DNA from: Macrostomum lignano
Taxonomy: Eukaryota
Direction of reading: 5' to 3'
DNA: 29,766 nt
Assembly (NCBI GenBank): GCA_002269645.1
Contig: NIVC01000055.1
Location: 249,835-279,600, forward strand
The notes beneath the pieces were generated by a model, which searched no databases, was not told the DNA's origin, and saw only the letters and a program-made list of their open reading frames with translations. The stretch's first letter is position 1. The number at the start of each line of letters is the position of its first letter. A program made the position numbers and the translations under genes. Shown one piece after another: positions 17,201 to 26,200 of this stretch.

Positions 17201-20200
17201 ACAGCCCGCCCAGTTTTGTCTATCCGCCCTACATGCTATTGCTGAACAGAAACACGGTCCAAATTATCGTTGTCATTTCTGCGGTTGAAATATCCCATAA
17301 ACTGGATGAATTAGTTTAGAAATAATTTTTCATTGATTTGACCAATAATGGAGCCACTGAGTCACCAACGGCAGTGCGAACCGCATTAAAAACTGAAGTA
17401 CAGTAAAAAGACGCTAAATCGATTTTCCCAGTAATGAGCTGAAGGTAAGGAACACACAGTACGAGTATAATTGTCGCATCGCTAGTGCTTTTGCTCTCAA
17501 GAAGTCGGATTTTTCTAGCGCAAAGTTTTTTCGACCGAATTATTCTATAGCGAAAGCCCCTTCAGAGCCGTGCCCTCTAGCGATTCGGAAAATATTCGGT
17601 CTTTACAAGCGTGCACCTCATTTCTAAAAAAATCGAGTGTGCCGTTCACTTCAGTTGTCCATGGCAAACCGACCTTAAGCATATCAAGCGTCTGTACACA
17701 TTGAATGCTCTGTAATGAAGGCGTGTTTATACTTATTAAACGTGTTTGAGCAGTTGAACAATCATGTATCTGGGACTCAAAAGTTTATTTACAATATTTC
17801 CTATAAATGATGAATAAATGGAAAATGATCATATTTTACCTTCGCTCCCGCTCTGATACGACAGCTTGAAGATGTTGCCACTGACCCGCTTTGTGGTGAC
17901 TTGAACCAGCACGGGACCTCTGAGCCTGAACTCTACAGAGGTCGCATTCGTCATTGACCTGTGCTCAGAGACGAAGGCCAGCCTGTCCTCGCTGGGGTCA
18001 GCAGTCATCTCGTACAGTCTGACAATATCTGCGTGAGACAGCTTCAGCGAGACCCAGCCTTGACGATCAATGAGCCACCTGTAGTCAGTCTCGAGGTCAT
18101 ACTTCATCTCTTCTTCCGCAGGAAGCTGCTCGCCTTCAGAGCAGACAACATCGGCTTTTTCGTCTGTCAGGTTTCTCGATTTTACTAAAACGGTTTCATT
18201 CAGAGCGTACTGAGGAATGTTACGAATATTAAAGATGTAAATAAGTAGTTTGACGGAAACAGTAACATCACTTTCTGTTTGTTTTGTTTTGATTTGTTTT
18301 GTCACTCTCTGTAAATTTTTACTGACTAAATATTTAATTAACAACAACTTACTTCTGCTGTCAAGAGCCGAGTAAGATAAGTTGAAGCCCGCCCGATGAT
18401 ACTAATGTCAGTAACGAATTGGATCAGCACCGGACCAACGACATGAGCTGTTTTGTTATCACTTGTCACGGTAAACCCTTTCTTAGAATCCTGAGCATCT
18501 TCAAAAAGCTGAGTCTTCTCATAGAAACTAATTTTATCGATTCCCGTTTCAACGTCATACGAGTCAACCTTCATCTCGAGCAGGCTCAGATCGCCGATCC
18601 ACCAGGCGTACGTTTTGTTGTTTAAATAGTAACCGCTGCCGAAGTTCTCTGGGCATTGAAGCTTTCCTGAGTCGACTGAAAAGGCATCGAAAATTGAATA
18701 GACGTCAGATGCTTTGCATTGGCTCAAATGTAGACCCACCTTGCGTGCTAAAATTTAACTTAAATAACAATAATTAACATTACCAATTACTATAAACAGT
18801 AATGAGAGTATCTGGAACTCAGGAATTCGAAACTCACCCACGTATCGATCGAGATAATAATCGATTATAAAGCCTCTTGACGCGTTCTGATGATCAGTTT
18901 TAAATCGGATCAACGCAGGTCCAACCAGAACATACTTTATTGAGCTCCAGCTGTCTCCAGTCAGTGTGTATTTTCTGTTCTCAGGCTGCGGTTCCGCCGA
19001 AGAGTCAGTCTTTTCATAGAATTCAAGCACATCGTTTGCGTCCTGAATGCCCATGCTTCTAACTGTCAAAAAGACAACTCTGCTCGATGGAATGTACCAA
19101 CGATAGTCCATCTGATGCTCGTAGGCTTCATACTCTTCATTCGGACACCTGATGCTGCCCGAATCGTTTAGCAGATTACGGGAAACTAAAAATGTAAAAG
19201 AAGTGGCTTGGTGGAGAAACACCCACGTGCATAGAAAACCAAGCGTCAGAATACGCAAAGCTGCAAAATTTTACACCGTGAACTCAAAATTTTAAACTAA
19301 GGAAATGCATAAAACACCAAAATGGCTCACGAGTTCGTTCCTCAACAGTATAAGACAAACTGAAGCCTTTGCCAACAAGAGACTCATCCGTGCTAAACCG
19401 GATCAGCACGGGACCAATCAACTTATACGTTGCCGATGTCGCATTCGCCTGCGTCAGTGTGAACCTCAGCTTGCTGTCTTCTGGCTCATCGGTTTCTCCA
19501 TCAGTCATCTCGTACAACTGGATGATGTCATTTCCGTAGCCAATGTCAGCAGATGTGACAGTGATGAGGACGAAATTCCTTCTGTTGATGGTCCATCTGT
19601 ACTCCATCTCGTTAGCGTAAGTCAGCTGGATTCCTCTGGACAGCGAAGGCTTCCAGAGTCCTCGCTAAGGTAGCGATGCACTGAAAGGAAGTAAGGTTTA
19701 TGGTCTCACCATGGTCTCACGGTGCACTGAAAAGGGCAAGAGCTCACCGTTTCTGATTTGATAATCGAATTGAAAGACCAAATCAGTACAGCGGTCAATA
19801 ATACTAGACTCTTCTATCTGTTCCCAGTAAACGGAAACAGGTCCACCTTTACTGATGTGCTGTGTCAGTCCACTGAACTGAGCCTCAAAGCTATCATTGG
19901 AGAGTCTCTGAGTAAGCCAATTTCCAGCATAAACGAACCAACCGCAGGTATACGAATCGTAAAATTCAAAAAATTCTTCTTCTTTGAAAAGAATATGAAC
20001 GGTGAATTCATGACTCGGCTTTGGCGCAATGACCCAAACAATTTTTGCTCTTTCAGTCCTGTCGGTGGTATCAAATTTAGGGAAGCTCCATCTGGTACCT
20101 CGACTGCTCTTCACTACTTCAACCGCATTTTCCACTGCAAGAAGGTTTGATTGGGATAAAAATGGTTCACGATTACGTACATTTAGTTTTAGTTTTAATA

Positions 20201-23200
20201 TGCACGCGACTTCTCAAAGGCTTACACTTCAAATCGGATCTGACTGATATGCCAGCCGGAAGCTTCTCGGGCTGCCGTCTCCCGCTGCCGTGATGCGAAT
20301 TAAAACAGATCCTCTCAGCCAGAACTCCGACTCGCTGGCACTCGCATCTGCTAGCACAAATCTTCTCTTGAGCTCATCCTTGGACGTGGTGTTTTCGTAC
20401 AGATGAAGCTTGTCTCCGTCCTGGAGATTGAGGGAACGAACATTGATGCGAACAGAACCGCTGCTTTGAATGATCCAGCTGTAATCCATGTCCAAGTCGA
20501 AAGCTGAACTATCCGACGAGTTTTGAGGGAACCTGATTTCTCCCGATCGTCCTGACAGTAAAACTTTAAGTGCAAAGAAGAATAGATCATGCAATGCAGA
20601 CTAAAGTAGTATGACTATATTTTTGCATTAGTTATTGTTAAAAATGAAAACAAAGTATGTATAATTACCGTTTTTCACTGAATACTGGAGGCCGAACCCT
20701 CGCTTTGCTTCATTGGCGTCGGTTCTCAGCACCACGGTGACGAATCCGCTCGCTCTCAGGGTCTTCCTCTCGCCAAGTAGGCCAGTCTGACTGAATATGG
20801 GAGACTCGCTGAGCCTGGGCTCAACTCCCGTGTACACACTGACTGTATCGCCATGCGGCTGGCCTCCCTCGGCATCAAAGAGCTGCAGCTCCACAGTCTG
20901 TTGAGGGCTCACAGCGATGGACCAGGCTCTCGCAGAACTCGGTCCGCAGCTGCTTCGACCATCAGGCATGAGGCAGCCCTGCAGTCCGTCCAAGTTTCGC
21001 AAAAGCGCAGTTGTCATCGATAAATCTGCAGGGAAGTTATTTAGAAAAGTCACTGTTCCTATCTAGAGATACAAATTGATTGATTGTCGCTTTCAGATTG
21101 CCTCACTTTGTCGGTTGACACTGAACGTCGCCCCGAACGGCACTATCGTCGGCCTCATCCTTCGCGATTGAAGCCGAACAACTGCTGGGCCTCTTAGTTT
21201 GAACTCGGTAGACATCAAATCGCTGAGCGGTGCATCAGTCAGGGAGAACACGCGACTCCTTGGAGTTGGGATCTTCGTCCTCTCGTGCAGCTCTAGCTTG
21301 TCGCAACCGCTTAGCAATTGAGCCTGCACGAATCGAATGCTGACCGCCGCTGTTGTGTCGACGACCCACCTTCGGTCAATCTCCATGTCGTAGCCATCAG
21401 TATCGCAGACATCCAGCCCAATGGCATTCCTCAAGTTGCTTGACTGCACTCCAATTTCACCTTGAGTCTGTGTCAGAACACTGGATATTACTAAAATATT
21501 ATAGAAACCGTGCATTATTTCAGACAATAGAAAATACCAAAGACGCGTAAGATGGGATCAAAAACATCAAAGTGACATCAGCATACCGAATTGGTCTCCT
21601 ATTTCATAGGAAAAGTTTAGAGCTCTTTGCATTGGTCGACCAGCTGTAACTAACTTGATCATACCAGGTCCGATCAGTCTGTATGTAGATGAAGTAGCAT
21701 TCCCCTTCGTCAGTGTAATGTTTGCAGCTGACGAGTCCTTTCTCCATAACTGGATTTTGTCGCAGCAGTCTGAGATTTCCACCCCACTGAATTTGACTGC
21801 CACAGCTGCCTTTCGGTCGATTTTCCAAATGTAGTTTACCTGGGCTTTGGTGAATGATGGCGGGTTCACCCACCGAACTTCACCCGAGTCTCCTGACAGA
21901 CCTGAAAGTTCGAATTCAACTTTTAACTTGTCTTATGAAGCAGCTTTCATAAATATAAATATAATGAACTACTGTTTGCTTGAATACATAAATTTTTTAT
22001 TTTTGAAACGAGCCAGGTAAGAAAATGCAGAAATCTATCATGAACTCCTAAATTCTAATTAAAATCAAATTACGACGTATAATCAAACTTTGATAAAAAA
22101 ATACTATACTAATTATTTCTTACTTGAGGTTTCTTCTAGATAGTATGTCATGCGAAACCCGTCACGATTGCCACTGCCGTCAGTTTTGAACCTGATGAGC
22201 ACTGGTCCCTTCAAGGTGTATGTTTCACCGTATCCGCTCCCTGTAAGCCTGTACTTTCGTTTATTTTCGTCAGGCTTCTCATGCACCGGTGAGTTTTCGT
22301 ACAAGCCGATCCAATCATAATTACTCTCAGTATCATAGCGAATGAACGTAAGCACCACCGTTTTCTGCTCATAGATGCTCCACTCGTAGTCAACGTTGTT
22401 ATCGTACTTAGAGTATCCATAGTTCTCCGGATATGAAAGGTTTCCACTGTCCACTGAAAGGATTTAAGGAAAATATAATAACGAGTAAAAAGCGGTTGTT
22501 TAGTATGTGCAGACAAAATATTCCCAGAAAGACTGAAAGCTTTTAGGCAATTATGTGCTAACAAACTTCATGGAAACATTGCGAATTGATGCTTACAGAT
22601 TTTGCTGCCAGCCTGATAGTAGAGCTGGAAGCCGGGAGCAGTAACTTGAGAGTTCGTTCTGAACCGGATGAGCACTGGTCCGACCAGCGTAATATTCGAC
22701 GCTTCTGCAGCCTCCTGAGTCACATTGAGCTTCCATCTCCGCCGATCTGGCTCTCCACTCTCATCGACCTTCTCATAGAACTCGATGGTGTCTTGAATGT
22801 CAATAAAGTCGAACCGAATGACAATGATGCTTTTTCGATTGATTGTCCATCGATAGTCCATGAACTTCTCATAGTTCACCAGTGCGGTCTCGGGGCAGAA
22901 AATATTGCCGGAGTCATAATTTAATATTCGGTGTACTGCAAACGTTAATGAGAACATGTCTACACAGTAAGTTTTATTCGAGCTATAATCATCTCTCAGT
23001 TAGTAGCTTAAAGAGAATTCTATCTAAAGAACTGGAATTCTTGATATCCACTAGAATCCACTTGTTTACTACGAGCCAAAATTCCAGTTCACAACCATGC
23101 AACTGGCTGTGCACTGTTTATACTTTCTTCGAAAAAACATGCATGTGAAACCGTAAGTTTTATCTTCAAACAACATGGTCGCATTTCGATAGGATAAGAA

Positions 23201-26200
23201 TCGGCAATTTGATAAGACCCTAAAGTCACAACTCAATGAAATGAACATACTGAGATAAGAATCGGCAATTCGATAAGACCCTAAAGTCACAACTCAATGA
23301 AATGAACATACTGAGATAAGAATCGGCAATTCGATAAGACCCTAAAGTCACAACTCAATGAAATGAACATGCTGAGATAAGAATCGACAATTCAATAAGA
23401 CCCTAAAGTCACAACTCAATGAAATGAACATACTGAGATAAGAATCGGCAATTTGATGAGACCCTAAAGTCACAACTCAATGAAATGAACATACTGAGAT
23501 AAGAATCGGCAATTCGATAAGACCCTAAAGTCACAACTCAATGAAATGAACATACTGAGATAAGAATCGGCAATTCGATAAGACCCTAAAGTCACAACTC
23601 AATGAAATGAACATACTGAGATAAGAATCGGCAATTCGATAAGACCCTAAAGTCACAACTCAATGAAATGAACATGCTGAGATAAGAATCGACAATTCAA
23701 TAAGACCCTAAAGTCACAACTCAATGAAATGAACATACTGAGATAAGAATCGGCAATTTGATGAGACCCTAAAGTCACAACTCAATGAAATGAACATACT
23801 GAGATAAGAATCGGCAATTTGATGAGACCCTAAAGTCACAACTCAATGAAATGAACATGCTGAGATAAGAATCGGCAATTTGATGAGACCCTAAAGTCAC
23901 AACTCAATGAAATGAACATGCTGAGATAAGAATCGGCAATTTGATGAGACCCAAAAGATATAACTCAATGAATTGATATTCTGACTTACAAGTCCGCTCT
24001 TTAGTAGTGTAGGACAGATTGAATCCCTGACCAACAAAATCTTTGCCCGGGACGAAACGGACCATGACTGGACCCGGAATTCGGTAGGCCCCCCGTGCTG
24101 TAGCATTCGACTGAGTCAGAACGAACTTCAGCTTGGCCTGCTGTGGCTCGTCGGTCAAATAGGCTTCCTCGTACAGCTCGATGACGCCACTCCCAATGTC
24201 CACTGTTGAGACCTCGATAACAACTAAGTTAAGCCGGTTGATTGTCCATCTGTACTCCATTTCGCTCTCTAAGGTCTCACCAGACACTTGAGGACAGCGA
24301 ATTGAACCCGAGTCTTTTACGAGAGGCTCTTGAGCTGAAAAGAAGAAAGAAAAAATGCTCTTAGCTGCTTGCAAGTGAAATAAAATTTGACTAAAATCTG
24401 AAAGCGCTTTGAGTATTTTAATAAGCATCATAGCATTTTGCAATAAAATGACTACTCATAGAAGACAAAGACTGTATCATTAGATAAAAATGCCAACATT
24501 CATTACCGTTCATTAACTGAAACTTGAACTCTCGCTGAGATCTAATGAAGCTCAAAGCCCGTGGTCGATAAACAACAGTGAGAGGACCGTTGTACCTGAC
24601 GATGCTCGCATACGGGATCCGCTGGAGTGGCTCAGAATTCGACAAGCTGGTGACGGCTCCCTCATAGAGACTTATTGCGATTCCTGACTCCACTGGCAGC
24701 TCTGGCAGGTACAGCAGAACTGAGCGCCCGGGCTTGGCTGCAATGACCCATGCAGTAGGCGACCCGTTCTCGGGGATAAGAGCTCTCGAGCCTCGATAGC
24801 TGTCAATCAGCTCAACAGCCATGTCGGTATCTGCAGTGTCACACAAGCAGTCGCGTCAATCGCATATCTATGCTTGTCACCTAAGAGATAACAATTCAAT
24901 TTTTAGGAAATTATCACTCACTGCCCGACTGGTCAGCTGCATACGACAGTCGAAAGTCTCTCGACTGACCGTCTCCGCTGGCAACTAATCGAATCATGAC
25001 GGGACCGGACAGACGGAACTCCGACTCTCTGGAGCTCGCATTGGTCACCAGGAATCTCAGAGCCGCTTCGTCCTCAGACGTTGTGTTCTCGTAGATGTAC
25101 AGCTTGCCATTGGGACGGAGGCTTATGGAGGCGAATCGGATGCTGAGTCTGATGTCTCTGCTAATGAACCAGCGGTAGTCAATGTCGCTGTTGAACTCCG
25201 CTGAGCCCTTCGGGAACCCGATCTGTCCACTCGGTTCCGCTTGAGGAGCTTAATGAAGGTGAGAAAATATTACCGATTTAGTTTTAGTTACCAACAGAGC
25301 TGCTGAAATTTGCGTAGTCAGTGCCTTGACTGTGTATATTCTGCTTCACTTTTACCTGACTCATGCATTTGGCTGTTATGCCCTACATCACATTATATGC
25401 TAAGCTTTTCGTTGCACTTCGATTATCATAGTTCAAAACGATTCTTACTGCTGTATACAGTGTAGGAGAGACCGAGCCCACGTCGTGATCGTCTGGCTTC
25501 TGTCGTCAGCACCACAGTGACGAATCCGTTCGCTCTCACGGTCTTCCTCTCACCAAGTAGTCCAGTCTGACTGAATATCGGGGACTCGCTCAGCACAGGA
25601 CGAACCCCATTATATACGCCTATCGTATCCGTATGAAGCTGACTTCCCTCGGCATCAAATAGCTCGAGCTCAACGATTTGCTGGGGATTCACGGCGATAG
25701 ACCATGCTCTTGTTGTGACATTGCTCACAGCGATGTCGGCACCTTTACTTTGGTAACAGATTCTCTCTCCTTTTTCATTTTTGATTATTTCAGTAGGCAT
25801 TTCCAGATCTGAAGCGACAATGGAATCATCATTGTAATAGTCTAAGAACGGAGTCACCCTAAACTTTAGTGATTCGTTTTAAGTCTAGAATTACCTCCGT
25901 CGCTGCTTCTGTAGGACAGCCTAAAAACTCGTCCCCTTGTCTGTGTCTTCTTAACCAGCACCAGCACCGGGCCGAACAGTCGGAAACGCGACGTCCCTTC
26001 TCTCTCTTTCGGTCCGTTGGTAAAGACGGGCTCCTTGTCGGGGGTTGTCGTCATCTGGTAGATCCGAGCGAGGTCAGAGAAGGACAGCTTGAGGTCGATT
26101 CTCCCGGGTCGGTCAATGAGCCATCTGTATTCAATGCTAACATTGCTGTCTCGATCCGAGACTTCCAGCTCTGAGCAGATTGCGTCGTCGCTGGGCTCGG

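Noticed and set aside
19186-19258. MRILTLGFLCTWVFLHQATS as the signal peptide of a separate gene
   Set aside because: The start is TTG, not ATG, and the segment is intron sequence ending in a strong tttttag acceptor.
23193-23983. CRISPR array
   Set aside because: Units are contiguous 61-bp near-identical copies with no unique spacers, no cas genes are present, and the context is a eukaryotic intron.
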